A stretch of DNA of 64,000 bases from contig JAFMCI010000002.1 in NCBI GenBank assembly GCA_017857855.1, positions 20,727-84,726 of the forward strand, in the 5' to 3' direction. The notes below the pieces were generated by a model that saw only the letters and a list, made by a program, of their open reading frames with translations, had not been told where the DNA came from and made no database searches. This DNA is from Bacteroidia bacterium. Its GTDB lineage: Bacteria > Bacteroidota > Bacteroidia > NS11-12g > UBA9320. Positions 27,916-37,839 of the stretch are shown here, piece by piece. The translations under genes were made by a program, and so were the position numbers. Each line of letters begins with the position of its first letter. Within the stretch, counting starts at the first letter, position 1.

Positions 27916-29574
27916 CTACTTTAGCATTCTTCTCAAAATCTTCCCTACATTACTCTTTGGTAACTCATCGCGAAAAACAACAATTTTAGGCACTTTGTAA
28001 TTAGTCAATTTCTCACGGCAAAAATCACGTATCTCGTCTTCTGTAAGACTCTCGTCTTTTTTAACCACAAATGCCATCACACACTCAGTCGTCTTAGGAT
28101 CTGGCTCGCTCCTTACTCCCACTTCTAGTACTTTAGGATGGCTACTAATCACAGCTTCTACCTCACTTGGGTATACGTTAAATCCAGAAACACATACCAT
28201 TTCTTTCTTACGGTCTACTATTTTGAAGAAACCGTCTTCATCCATAATACCAATATCTCCTGTCAAGAAAAAGTCTCCATGCATACATTCTGCCGTTGCT
28301 TCTGGTCTATTCCAATATCCAGCCATCACTTGAGGTCCTTTAATACCAATCTCTCCTCTTTCACCCATAGGCACTTCTTTTTTATCATCGTCAAATATTT
28401 TCAACTCTGTATTAGGTATAGGTAATCCTATAGTCCCCATACGGTGGCTACCATCTGTAGGATTAATAGTGGCTGCAGGTGAAGTTTCTGACAAACCATA
28501 AGCTTCTAAAAGTGGAGATCCTGTCACTTCTTGCCATTTAAGCGCTACCGCATCTTGTACTGCCATACCTCCACCAAGAGAAATTTTAAGATTAGAAAAA
28601 TCTAATTCTCTAAAGGCTGGTTGATTGAGTAAACCATTAAACAAAGTATTTACGCCAGTAATAAGCGAGAAAGGATTCTTTTTAAGATCCTTGATAAATG
28701 CAGGCATATCACGCGGATTAGTAATTAAAACATTACGAGCGCCATAGTTAAAGAACGTAATACAGTTGGCTGTTAGCGCAAATATGTGATATAATGGTAA
28801 AGCAGTTATAACAACGGCCTCGCCGTCTTTAAATAATCCTGTTAACCAGCCATCTATTTGAGAAAGCTGAGCACAAATATTACCATGAGTTAAAACAGCT
28901 CCTTTACTAACGCCTGTGGTACCTCCCGTATACTGTAAGAAAGCTATATCGTCATGTGTTAAATTGACTTGAGTTGGTTTTTTACCTAAACCTTCTGCCA
29001 AAATACTTTTAAAAGAGACCGCACTTGGTAAATCATAAGCAGGAACCATCTTTTTAATATGTTTCACTACCAAGTTGACAATACCTCCTTTCAAACCGCC
29101 AAGCATGTCTCCTATACGAGCAACTATTACAGTCTCAATATCGGTATCTGCTTGAATCTCTTGAAAATTACTTCCAAAGTTTTCCAATATAACTATGGCC
29201 TTTGCCCCGCTGTCTTTATATTGATGCTTCATTTCAGCTGGAGTATAAAGTGGGTTGGTATTCACAACCACAAAACCACATTTAATTACAGCGAACATCG
29301 CCACAGGGAATTGGAGCAAATTGGGCATTTGAATAGCCACTCTGTCACCAGGTTTCAGGTTTGTTTTATTTTGTAAGTACCATGCAAAGGCATCCACATT
29401 AACTTTCAATTCATTAAAAGTCAAAGTTTTATCCATGTTTTGAAATGCGACTTTATCTCCATAGCGAGAGACAACGTCATCAAAAACCTTAGCTAAAGAT
29501 TCGTACTTGTTATTATCTACGGTTTGAGGCACAAAAGCAGGATAGCTTTTAAACCAAGCGTGTTGTTCTGACAT
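27916..29574 (-). CDS. fadD: Long-chain fatty acid-CoA ligase (AMP-binding family)
   Basis: 'YTGGTTGVSKGA', 'GYGLSE'-like 'AYGLSETSP', 'TGDIGIMDEDGFFKIVDRKK' and C-terminal 'GKILRR'. Confidence 0.85.
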   Translation of the reverse strand: MSEQHAWFKSYPAFVPQTVDNNKYESLAKVFDDVVSRYGDKVAFQNMDKTLTFNELKVNVDAFAWYLQNKTNLKPGDRVAIQMPNLLQFPVAMFAVIKCGFVVVNTNPLYTPAEMKHQYKDSGAKAIVILENFGSNFQEIQADTDIETVIVARIGDMLGGLKGGIVNLVVKHIKKMVPAYDLPSAVSFKSILAEGLGKKPTQVNLTHDDIAFLQYTGGTTGVSKGAVLTHGNICAQLSQIDGWLTGLFKDGEAVVITALPLYHIFALTANCITFFNYGARNVLITNPRDMPAFIKDLKKNPFSLITGVNTLFNGLLNQPAFRELDFSNLKISLGGGMAVQDAVALKWQEVTGSPLLEAYGLSETSPAATINPTDGSHRMGTIGLPIPNTELKIFDDDKKEVPMGERGEIGIKGPQVMAGYWNRPEATAECMHGDFFLTGDIGIMDEDGFFKIVDRKKEMVCVSGFNVYPSEVEAVISSHPKVLEVGVRSEPDPKTTECVMAFVVKKDESLTEDEIRDFCREKLTNYKVPKIVVFRDELPKSNVGKILRRMLK

Positions 29575-29682
29575 GCGGTAAAAATATATCGTAAATCTTA
29601 AGATACAAACTTATGTCACAAAAAAGTCTGTAATTCAGTCATTACATGGGTTTAAAAAAAATAATTTAGATACTAAATAGTT

Positions 29683-29690
29683 TACTTTTG
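29683..29690 (+). promoter_or_regulatory. -7 box TACTTTTG upstream of tRNA-Arg
   Basis: Exact TAnnTTTG 14 nt before the tRNA 5' end. Confidence 0.5.
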
Positions 29691-29704
29691 CGGCTCATTC
29701 ATCT

Positions 29705-29778
29705 GCATTCGTAGTTCAACTGGATAGAATATCGGATTTCGGCTCCGAGGGTTAGGGGTTCGAATCCTCTCGAGTGCA
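29705..29778 (+). tRNA. tRNA-Arg (anticodon UCG)
   Basis: Hand-folded cloverleaf. Acceptor GCATTCG/CGAGTGC. Anticodon stem TCGGA/TCCGA with loop TT-TCG-GC. T-arm AGGGG-TTCGAAT-CCTCT. 74 nt, no encoded CCA. Confidence 0.85.
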
Positions 29779-29780
29779 CA

Positions 29781-29813
29781 AAAAGCTTCTTGCTAACAAC
29801 AAGGGGCTTTTTT
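29781..29813 (+). terminator. Rho-independent terminator after tRNA-Arg
   Basis: Stem AAAAGCTTCTTG/CAAGGGGCTTTT (with G-U pairs), loop CTAACAA, then a T-run. Confidence 0.7.
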
Positions 29814-29961
29814 CGTTTAATAGGAATAGAAGAATAAGTTGAGTTGTAAAGCTTATTTACTAAAGTTTAAAAAGGATCAATTGACACTTTACAGTTTTAA
29901 ACGTTTAAAAAACACTTTAGCCGACAGCTTAATATGTTGTCTTTAAGACAACTTCATATAC

Positions 29962-31557
29962 TTAGAACTTACTAGAAACTTTAAATTCACTTGTTTCATG
30001 AAATTCTATTTCAGGGTTATTGGATTTTGCCATTTGTAAGATATAGGCGGTACTTGCCAAGAATACCAAGTTTTCATCCTTATCCAAGACCACATCTTGT
30101 GGCTTGTATTTTATAAATTCGGCAATTTTAGCTTGATCGCCTGTCATCCAGCATGCTTTGTGATAGTTCACCCCGTCAAAACGTGCCTTTGCATTGTACT
30201 CGTGCTCCAGTCTGTACTGTATTACTTCAAATTGTAACTCTCCTACTACCCCTATAATTTTTCGATTACCCGGTTGTTGCGTAAAAAGCTGAGCCACACC
30301 TTCATCGGTAAGTTGATTAAGTCCTTTTTCAAGCTGCTTACTCTTCATAGGATCCATATTTACTACTTCTCTGAATAACTCAGGACTAAAATTAGGGATA
30401 CCTTTAAATGAAAGTTTTTCACCTTCGGTTAATCCATCACCTATTTTAAAGTTACCTGTATCGTACAATCCCACTACGTCTCCTGGAAACGCTAAATTGG
30501 TTACTTCTTTACTGTCGGCCAAAAAAGTGTAGGGGTTACTAAAACGCATCTTTTTACCACTTCTGGGGTGCACATAAAATGTATTTCGTTCAAACGTACC
30601 AGAGCAAACGCGCAGAAAAGCAATTCTATCCCTATGATTTGGGTCTAAGTTGGCATGTATTTTAAAAATAAAGCCGGTCATTTTCTTTTCTGTTGGAACA
30701 ATGTCCCGCACATCTGTTGGTCTTGGTCTTGGACTTGGGGCGATATCCACAAACGTGTCAAGCATCTCTTGAATCCCGAAGTTGTTAAGTGCTGAACCAA
30801 AAAACACTGGTGCAAGTAATCCTTCTTCGTACATTTCTCGGTCGAAAGGCTCATAAATTCCATTAATAAGTTCTACGTCATCCCTTAGTTGCTTAGCATC
30901 AGTAGCGCCCACTAGCGTGTCTAATCTTGGGTCTTCTAGGCTCTCTATATTGATGTAATCACTCGCTTTTTTGGTTTTATCTGCTTCAAAAAGATTCAAT
31001 GAGTTATTGTGCAGCAAGTAGACTCCTTTAAATCTGCTACCCATATTTATAGGCCAGCTGAGTGGTCTAGTGCTTATTTGTAATTCTTGCTCTAGCTCAT
31101 CTAGTATATCAAAAGGCTCTTGTCCTTCCCTATCCATTTTATTGACAAAAATGATCACTGGCGTATTTCGCATGCGGCACACTTGCATAAGCTTTCGCGT
31201 TTGAGCTTCCACCCCTTTAGCTACGTCTACCACTAGAATTACACTATCTACGGCAGTAAGTGTTCGATAGGTGTCCTCTGCAAAATCCTTGTGTCCTGGC
31301 GTATCCAAGATATTGATTTTCTTACCTTTATACTCAAAACTCATTACCGAGGTTGCCACCGAAATACCACGTTGTTTCTCGATTTCCATAAAATCAGAAG
31401 TGGCCGTTTTTTTGATTTTATTACTCTTTACAGCGCCTGCCGTTTGTATAGCTCCTCCAAAAAGTAATAATTTCTCAGTAAGCGTAGTCTTACCCGCATC
31501 CGGGTGAGATATAATACCAAACGTTTTGCGTTTTTCTATTTCTAGTTCTAAACTCAT
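29962..31557 (-). CDS. prfC: Peptide chain release factor 3
   Basis: GTPase motifs 'SHPDAGKTT', 'DTPGHKDF' and 'NKMDR'. Start set at the ATG at 31557 because a -7 box occupies the ORF-track extension. Confidence 0.9.
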   Translation of the reverse strand: MSLELEIEKRKTFGIISHPDAGKTTLTEKLLLFGGAIQTAGAVKSNKIKKTATSDFMEIEKQRGISVATSVMSFEYKGKKINILDTPGHKDFAEDTYRTLTAVDSVILVVDVAKGVEAQTRKLMQVCRMRNTPVIIFVNKMDREGQEPFDILDELEQELQISTRPLSWPINMGSRFKGVYLLHNNSLNLFEADKTKKASDYINIESLEDPRLDTLVGATDAKQLRDDVELINGIYEPFDREMYEEGLLAPVFFGSALNNFGIQEMLDTFVDIAPSPRPRPTDVRDIVPTEKKMTGFIFKIHANLDPNHRDRIAFLRVCSGTFERNTFYVHPRSGKKMRFSNPYTFLADSKEVTNLAFPGDVVGLYDTGNFKIGDGLTEGEKLSFKGIPNFSPELFREVVNMDPMKSKQLEKGLNQLTDEGVAQLFTQQPGNRKIIGVVGELQFEVIQYRLEHEYNAKARFDGVNYHKACWMTGDQAKIAEFIKYKPQDVVLDKDENLVFLASTAYILQMAKSNNPEIEFHETSEFKVSSKF

Positions 31558-31570
31558 TTTTATACGGGTG

Positions 31571-31578
31571 CAAGGATA
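31571..31578 (-). promoter_or_regulatory. -7-like box TATCCTTG (minus strand) for prfC
   Basis: One mismatch to TAnnTTTG. 13 nt upstream of the ATG at 31557. Confidence 0.35.
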
Positions 31579-31808
31579 CAAAATTTATAGCGAAGCAAAA
31601 GTTGTATTGATAAGAGGGGTGATTATGCTCTAACTTGGCACAAGTACATCTTATCTCAGTGTTTTGCTTTTGTTCTAGACATTTAGTTAGTAGCCCATCC
31701 ATACTAAAAAAGTGCATTCCAGGCTATTCAAACGCACATAGTTAAAGAAGTTGAAGGTATTTGCACGTATTAACAAGGGTTATTTTGAAACTGTTTTATA
31801 TTCGTAGA

Positions 31809-33017
31809 ATGAACAGCAATTCAAAAATTCTATTCGTACTTTTTATACTCGGTATAAGCGTTTCCCAAATCCAGGCACAAAACACTGTATCTGAAGTACA
31901 AGACACTGTTAAGAAAGAGTTTTATGTAATCAAGAAATCTGACGGAGCAGAATACGTAGGTGAAGTAATTAGTGATGACGGACGTGAAGTATTGGTGCTT
32001 ACCAAAAGTATCGGAAAAATTTTCATTATTAAGTCAGATATTGTTTCTATGACGCGAATAGATGCAAGCAAACTGTCTCAATCGTCTGATGGGATATACG
32101 AAGACTTCAGAGTAGAAGGTCCTTATACCACGAGATACTTTTTTACAACCAACGCACTACCTATAAAAAAGAAAGAAAACTACATGATGATTGGCCTACA
32201 AGGTCCTGAGGTTCATTTTGCGGTGAATGATAACCTATCATTAGGTGTGATGGCCACATGGATAGCAAGTCCTATTGCTCTTGCAGCAAAATATTCATTT
32301 GAATCTAAGTCAGAATCTAAGACACATTTCGCATTAGGTACAATAATGGCCTCATCAGGTTATCTGCTACAAGCACAGGGTTTTGGTGGTATCCACTGGG
32401 CTACAGTAACCCAAGGTGATCGTAAGTCAAATGTTAGTTTTTCTGCTGGGTACGCCTATGCAAAGTTGTATAAGGATAATAGCAATTATATCGGCAGGAA
32501 ATACTATGCCCAATACCCTGTAATTGATGGCGATTATTATTATAGTAATGGTTTGGAATCTAGCGTGGATAACGAACTTCGCAATAAGGGAGTAGATTAC
32601 TATCAACAAATATACAGCCCCAATAAAGCTCGAGGATCGGCAGTCTTGGGTATTTCGGGTATTACGCCAATTGGTCAAAAAGCAAGTTTTATCTTTGATG
32701 CCTTAGCGTTTTTAGGCACTCAATATGGTTTGGAATACGTTAATTCGATTGTCTATCCTGACGTTCAATATAAATACAGAGTATACAGTAACGGTACATA
32801 TACCGATGTAAATGCAACCGATGACATCACGGTAGATGAGTATAAAACTGCTAAAATAGGAATTAAGCCGACGGTGATAATTATGCCTGCTATACGATTT
32901 AACCGGAGTTACAACAAAGCTTTTCAGGTAGCTCTTGCTGGCGTTATTGCAAAGAACAATTGGGGTGAAATCATTTCTTTTCCAGTGCCTACCGTAAGTT
33001 GGTTAAGACAATTTTAA
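31809..33017 (+). CDS. Putative outer-membrane beta-barrel protein
   Basis: Signal peptide 'ILFVLFILGISVSQIQAQ', alternating beta-strand-like pattern, and a C-terminal aromatic residue ('SWLRQF'). Confidence 0.5.
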   Translation: MNSNSKILFVLFILGISVSQIQAQNTVSEVQDTVKKEFYVIKKSDGAEYVGEVISDDGREVLVLTKSIGKIFIIKSDIVSMTRIDASKLSQSSDGIYEDFRVEGPYTTRYFFTTNALPIKKKENYMMIGLQGPEVHFAVNDNLSLGVMATWIASPIALAAKYSFESKSESKTHFALGTIMASSGYLLQAQGFGGIHWATVTQGDRKSNVSFSAGYAYAKLYKDNSNYIGRKYYAQYPVIDGDYYYSNGLESSVDNELRNKGVDYYQQIYSPNKARGSAVLGISGITPIGQKASFIFDALAFLGTQYGLEYVNSIVYPDVQYKYRVYSNGTYTDVNATDDITVDEYKTAKIGIKPTVIIMPAIRFNRSYNKAFQVALAGVIAKNNWGEIISFPVPTVSWLRQF

Positions 33018-33114
33018 ACTCTCCATACTCGTCACTTCTCTGGTGAAAGACATTGCTGTTACGGCACTGCGAATAATATCGTCCGAATAGGCTCGTACTT
33101 CTCGCAGACCCTCT

Positions 33115-33122
33115 TATTTTTG
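33115..33122 (+). promoter_or_regulatory. -7 box TATTTTTG
   Basis: Exact TAnnTTTG only 4 nt before the ATG at 33127. Confidence 0.45.
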
Positions 33123-33126
33123 TGCC

Positions 33127-34011
33127 ATGCGAAATACCATTATTATTCTTAGCCTTGCATTGCTATCTAGTTGCGCTTTATGGAAAGGTAAAACCTCCAA
33201 AACTTTAACTGTTTGGGTAAATAGCTCTACGATTGCTTGTACCAATCCAGATCAACAATGTCTTCAAGTTAATGAAGGTAACCAATTACCCGCTAATTGG
33301 TCTTTTACTACTTCCAAAATAGACGGATTTGAATACAAACCAGGTTACATTTATAAGCTAGAAGTAAGCAAAACAAAAGCGGCTAAAGAACCTACAACAG
33401 CTGCTAAAACGCAATATACTTTAGTGAATGTCTTAGAAAAAAGACCCGATTTAAAGGAAGAAGGTTTATATGTTTACATTCAAACTAGCTTAGGTGATAT
33501 TGTAGGAAAGCTCGATATGGAGAGGGCTCCGCTTACAGTAGCCAATTTTGTAGGATTAGCAGAAGGAACGCAGGCCAATACTGCTAAACCTATTGGTACG
33601 CCATTCTACGACAGTATCATTTTTCATCGCGTAATTCCTGGTTTCATGATACAAGGAGGAGATCCCTTGGGTGTGGGCATGGGTGGACCCGGGTATAAAT
33701 TCAGAAATGAAATACACCCAGATTTGACTCACGATAAACCCGGTATTTTCAGTATGGCTAATTCTGGACCTAATACCAACGGAAGCCAATTTTTTATCAC
33801 TCACGTTGCAACGCCTTGGTTAGACGGTAATTATAATATTTTTGGAAATGTAATTATGGGACAAGAAGTAGTAACTGCCATTGGTAATACTCCTCGTGGA
33901 CAAGCAGACAAGCCGAAAACTCCCGTTTATATGACTAAAGTGCAAATTATACGCATAGGCGACAAGGCCAAAAAGTTTGATGCAAACGATACCTTCAAAT
34001 CCATGCAATAA
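33127..34011 (+). CDS. Lipoprotein cyclophilin-type peptidyl-prolyl isomerase with an N-terminal extra domain
   Basis: Lipobox 'LLSSC'. Cyclophilin core 'FHRVIPGFMIQGGDP' and 'SMANSGPNTNGSQFFIT'. Confidence 0.85.
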   Translation: MRNTIIILSLALLSSCALWKGKTSKTLTVWVNSSTIACTNPDQQCLQVNEGNQLPANWSFTTSKIDGFEYKPGYIYKLEVSKTKAAKEPTTAAKTQYTLVNVLEKRPDLKEEGLYVYIQTSLGDIVGKLDMERAPLTVANFVGLAEGTQANTAKPIGTPFYDSIIFHRVIPGFMIQGGDPLGVGMGGPGYKFRNEIHPDLTHDKPGIFSMANSGPNTNGSQFFITHVATPWLDGNYNIFGNVIMGQEVVTAIGNTPRGQADKPKTPVYMTKVQIIRIGDKAKKFDANDTFKSMQ

Positions 34012-34859
34012 TGCAGAGCTCAATACTCAACAAAGAATATAAAATTAAAGGTAGTCGTAATCGAATAATGACGGCTGATCTATCGTATACAGCTTCGCAG
34101 GAAGAAGTTCCCATAGTGATCTTTGCACATGGTTTTCAAGGATTCAAAGACTGGGGACCCTGGCCACTTGCTGCAGAGATTTTTGCTTCTAAAGGATTCC
34201 CGTTTCTTAAATTTAATTTTAGTCATAACGGAACAACACCAGCACATTTAACCGAATTTGTGGATTTGGACGCTTTTGGTCAAAATAATTTCATGCTTGA
34301 GTATGATGACTTAGGTTTAATAATCGATTTTGTTCATCACAAAGCGAATACATTTGATTTTGCGTGGAATCAAGAAATTCATCTGATTGGTCACAGCCGT
34401 GGTGCGGGAATTTGCCTGCTTAGAGCTGCACAAGACGAACGTATCACTAAATTAGCTACCTGGGCTGGTGTTTCTGATTTAGAGCGTTACTTGGAGCTAA
34501 AAGAATACCAAGCTTGGAAAAAAGATGGGGTTCATACGATTCAAAACAAACGAACAAATCAAGAAATGCCTATTTACTTTCAGTTTGTAGAAGCGTATGC
34601 TGAAAATGCAATTACCTTAAATATGGGCACTAATTTGGAGAAAATTGAATGTCCGTTGCTCATTGTACATGGCGAAGATGACACTGTTGTACCTATAGAT
34701 AACGCACATACCATCTATAATGATGTACAACATGCCCTTATTGCCGAAATAGAAAATGGAGACCATACCTTCGGGATGAAGCATCCTATGACAGAACGAA
34801 AAATAACCAAAGCATTTGCAGAGGTTATTTCTGAAACCTTAGCGTTTTTTAGTTTATAA
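34011..34859 (+). CDS. Alpha/beta hydrolase
   Basis: Nucleophile elbow 'GHSRGA', and a late 'HGEDDTVVP...GDHTF' Asp/His region. The TAATG junction overlaps the upstream stop. Confidence 0.7.
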   Translation: MQSSILNKEYKIKGSRNRIMTADLSYTASQEEVPIVIFAHGFQGFKDWGPWPLAAEIFASKGFPFLKFNFSHNGTTPAHLTEFVDLDAFGQNNFMLEYDDLGLIIDFVHHKANTFDFAWNQEIHLIGHSRGAGICLLRAAQDERITKLATWAGVSDLERYLELKEYQAWKKDGVHTIQNKRTNQEMPIYFQFVEAYAENAITLNMGTNLEKIECPLLIVHGEDDTVVPIDNAHTIYNDVQHALIAEIENGDHTFGMKHPMTERKITKAFAEVISETLAFFSL

Positions 34860-34860
34860 A

Positions 34861-36078
34861 ATGCCTAGAGAGGTGGCTATAATTGGTGGCGGTGCAGCAG
34901 GTTTTTTTACAGCCGTTAACCTTGCAGAAAAAGACAAGAACTGCCATATAACCCTGTATGAAGCTAGTAACAAAGTACTCGCCAAAGTACTTGTAAGCGG
35001 CGGCGGAAGATGTAATGTAACCAATACTATAAATGACCCAGCTGAACTAGCAAAAAAATATCCCCGCGGGCACGACTCTCTGAAACCCGTATTTCAAGAA
35101 TTTAATACAACGCACACCCAAGATTGGTTTACGTCCAGAGGAGTTCCTCTAAAAACCGAGGACGATGGACGCGTATTTCCGTTGAGCAACACCTCGCAAA
35201 CCATCTACAATTGCCTCACTAATTTAGCTCAAAAATTAGGAGTAACAGTCAAACTAAGCCATCGTTTAAAAGCGTTGAAATATTCGGAAAACAAGTGGCA
35301 GTTGGTTTTTAACGATGTAATTGTTTCTGCAGATGTAGTAGTACTTGCAACAGGTGGCAATAGTCAGATATATAAGATTTTAGAACACTTAACTATTCCC
35401 GTAGTACCCCCGCTCCCATCGTTGTTTACGTTTAATGCTGAGCCACATCACCTAGAAGCACTCGCAGGGGTAAGCGCTCCTAATGTCCTTACGAGTATTA
35501 AAGAGATTAAAAATAGTGAAGAATCAGGACCTATTTTAGTAACTCATTGGGGTTATAGTGCACCTGCTATTCTTAAACTAAGTGCTTGGCATGCCAGAGA
35601 ATTAGCCGCTTTAAATTATACATTTACGTTGGTGATTAATTGGAATAGCTATGACCTCAACCAATTGCGTGCTACATTTCAAAACTATCAACTAAATACC
35701 CCAAAAGACAAGGTGTACAGCTGGCGCGATCACGGATTATCCAAGCGGTTGTGGCAAGAATTAGTAGCTAAAGCAGAACTTAAAGAATATACGAATTGGT
35801 CTGAAATAGGAAAAAAAGGAATAGAACGGCTTATTCAAGCACTTGCAGCATTTGAGGTAACGATAACTAAAAAAAGTACCTTTAAAGAAGAATTTGTTAC
35901 TGCCGGAGGTATTGATTTAGATAGTATAGAGTTAAGTACATTTGAAGTACAAAACCACCAAAATCTCTATGCCGTTGGTGAATTATTAAATATCGATGCT
36001 ATTACAGGTGGGTTTAATTTTCAAGCAGCTTGGAGTGGTGGTTTTTTAGCCGCGCAGTCTATGAGTAGTGTTAAATAA
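34861..36078 (+). CDS. HI0933/BaiN-family NAD(P)/FAD-dependent oxidoreductase
   Basis: 'IIGGGAAGFF', 'SGGGRCNVTN' and C-terminal 'YAVGELLNIDAITGGFNFQ'. Confidence 0.8.
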   Translation: MPREVAIIGGGAAGFFTAVNLAEKDKNCHITLYEASNKVLAKVLVSGGGRCNVTNTINDPAELAKKYPRGHDSLKPVFQEFNTTHTQDWFTSRGVPLKTEDDGRVFPLSNTSQTIYNCLTNLAQKLGVTVKLSHRLKALKYSENKWQLVFNDVIVSADVVVLATGGNSQIYKILEHLTIPVVPPLPSLFTFNAEPHHLEALAGVSAPNVLTSIKEIKNSEESGPILVTHWGYSAPAILKLSAWHARELAALNYTFTLVINWNSYDLNQLRATFQNYQLNTPKDKVYSWRDHGLSKRLWQELVAKAELKEYTNWSEIGKKGIERLIQALAAFEVTITKKSTFKEEFVTAGGIDLDSIELSTFEVQNHQNLYAVGELLNIDAITGGFNFQAAWSGGFLAAQSMSSVK

Positions 36079-36128
36079 TGCCACCGAGCTACTCTTTTCT
36101 TTATTTTTTCTTAATATTCGCATAGTAA

Positions 36129-37829
36129 ATGATAAAACGATTTCAACTAGTTCTTGTATTAATTATCTCTACTTTAGCTCTACGCGCTCAATTAGCTGAA
36201 CTTGATGTTTTACAAAAATCAAGTTCACTCCAAGAGGGAATCTATAAAGCGAGAGAAGCCTATAACACAGGCAACTATACAGCTGCGGAGCCACTATTCT
36301 ATACAGAATTAGAAAAAGGAAATTTTACCACAAGCGATTTTTTAAGATTTGCCAACACTTTAGCTGCCAACGATAAGGATGCGCTAGCACGAGAATTTTT
36401 TGCGGAGTACGCTAAGGCTTCTGAGAATCCTCGGGCTACAATACTTGGAGCTCAAATAGCAAACGATTTAAAAAATATTCGTCAGTCGGCCCGTTTTTAT
36501 ACAGCCACTACTTTTGCTAACATTACACATTTTAACTCAAAATATTATTCTTCTGTTAACGGAAAAATGATGTCTTTCGATAAAGACTGCGAAGGGAACT
36601 TATACCATAAAAAAGAAGTATTGAAGGGACTAACTAATTTGGAATTCGGATCAGTAGCTTTTTTTAACGATGGAAACAGTGCAATTGGGAGTCTTATTGA
36701 CTCTGTTACCCATAAAAGTGGTCTATATTTTTTCACGCAAAAAAAAGGTGTGTGGACTAAGCCAACTAAACTCTTATCCGACGAAAAGAATAATTATGCT
36801 TTCCCATTTATGGATGAATTCAATAATGCATTGTACTTTTCATCAGATAAACCAGAAGGACAGGGTGGATATGATATTTACGTAGCTAATATTTCGGGAA
36901 ATAAAATACAAAAACCCATCAATTTAGGCCCTGTTATAAATAGTGCCGGAAATGAAATAAATGCCATACTGCAGGACGGATGGTTATTTATGAGTTCTAA
37001 CGGTCATGTAAGCCTGGGAGGATACGATCTGTATAAATATCAATACCATGATGATGACCAAGCTACTTTAATCAATTGCGTAGACTTCAATTCCAAGAAA
37101 AATGACTTTTCTATTTTCTTAGATGAAATTCAGACATTGGTAAACCGCATCGACAACGATGGAGGAAGTTTGGTTACCTTTCAAGAAGCGAAAGCTTCCT
37201 TTACACACGAAGGCACAATAGTTGATAAAAGCGGAAAGCCAATCAAGAATGCCTATATTATCTTTAATAATAGTCTGCTCAAAGGTAAAGGCGATTATGT
37301 AGTAACCGATTTAACGGGCAATTACAATTATAAAACTAGTGAGGCACATTCATTGTTAATAGGAACGGTCTTCGCGGATGGATATCAATCTAAATCATTT
37401 AATGTTAGTACAGAAAAAACCTCAATTATACTTGACGATATAGAACCTATCGAGATTACAAAAGAAGTAATTAGAATAGTTTATGTACCCACCTACAGAG
37501 GATATGCAACGGATTCTATACTTGGAGATTCTGTGGCACCTCTTAAACTAATAACTGACCAAGTTGGTGCATCAACATCAAGCTTTAAACAACCTACTAG
37601 TATGGATGGATACTACATAATACTAGGCTCTGCATACAATTATTCTAAAGCCTATGAATTTTGGAATGAGTGGTTAGCTGTTTTTGAACATGCTGAAATT
37701 TTAACCTACGAAGATGACTTATATCGCATAGGTGTTTTTGCAGGTTCAACAGAAGACCAAGCAACTCGAAATTTTAACATCGCAAAAGGTAAGAAAAAAG
37801 ATATTTGGATTTTGAGACAGGCTAATTAG
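36129..37829 (+). CDS. Secreted TPR / PD40 beta-propeller repeat protein with a C-terminal SPOR-like domain
   Basis: Signal peptide. PD40-type repeats ('YFSSDKPEGQGGYDIYVA', 'SSNGHVSLGGYDLYKY'). CarboxypepD_reg-like 'GTIVDKSGKPIKNAYI'. C-terminus 'YYIILGSAYNYSKAYEF...YRIGVFAG' is SPOR-like. Confidence 0.6.
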   Translation: MIKRFQLVLVLIISTLALRAQLAELDVLQKSSSLQEGIYKAREAYNTGNYTAAEPLFYTELEKGNFTTSDFLRFANTLAANDKDALAREFFAEYAKASENPRATILGAQIANDLKNIRQSARFYTATTFANITHFNSKYYSSVNGKMMSFDKDCEGNLYHKKEVLKGLTNLEFGSVAFFNDGNSAIGSLIDSVTHKSGLYFFTQKKGVWTKPTKLLSDEKNNYAFPFMDEFNNALYFSSDKPEGQGGYDIYVANISGNKIQKPINLGPVINSAGNEINAILQDGWLFMSSNGHVSLGGYDLYKYQYHDDDQATLINCVDFNSKKNDFSIFLDEIQTLVNRIDNDGGSLVTFQEAKASFTHEGTIVDKSGKPIKNAYIIFNNSLLKGKGDYVVTDLTGNYNYKTSEAHSLLIGTVFADGYQSKSFNVSTEKTSIILDDIEPIEITKEVIRIVYVPTYRGYATDSILGDSVAPLKLITDQVGASTSSFKQPTSMDGYYIILGSAYNYSKAYEFWNEWLAVFEHAEILTYEDDLYRIGVFAGSTEDQATRNFNIAKGKKKDIWILRQAN

Positions 37830-37839
37830 CATGGTCAGG

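Noticed and set aside
29895-29910. A 16-bp AT-only palindrome TTTTAAACGTTTAAAA flanked by CACTTTA repeats, downstream of tRNA-Arg and prfC.
   Set aside because: It is a low-complexity AT palindrome in an AT-rich spacer, with no T-run or partner motif. Significance cannot be supported.
31558-31581. Upstream alternative starts proposed by the ORF track for prfC (31581), etfA (12625), the beta-barrel protein (31761), DUF3127 (38542), the membrane protein (18342) and slyD (5685).
   Set aside because: In each case the extension covers a -7 promoter box or the preceding gene. A downstream ATG gives the family-typical N-terminus or signal peptide.
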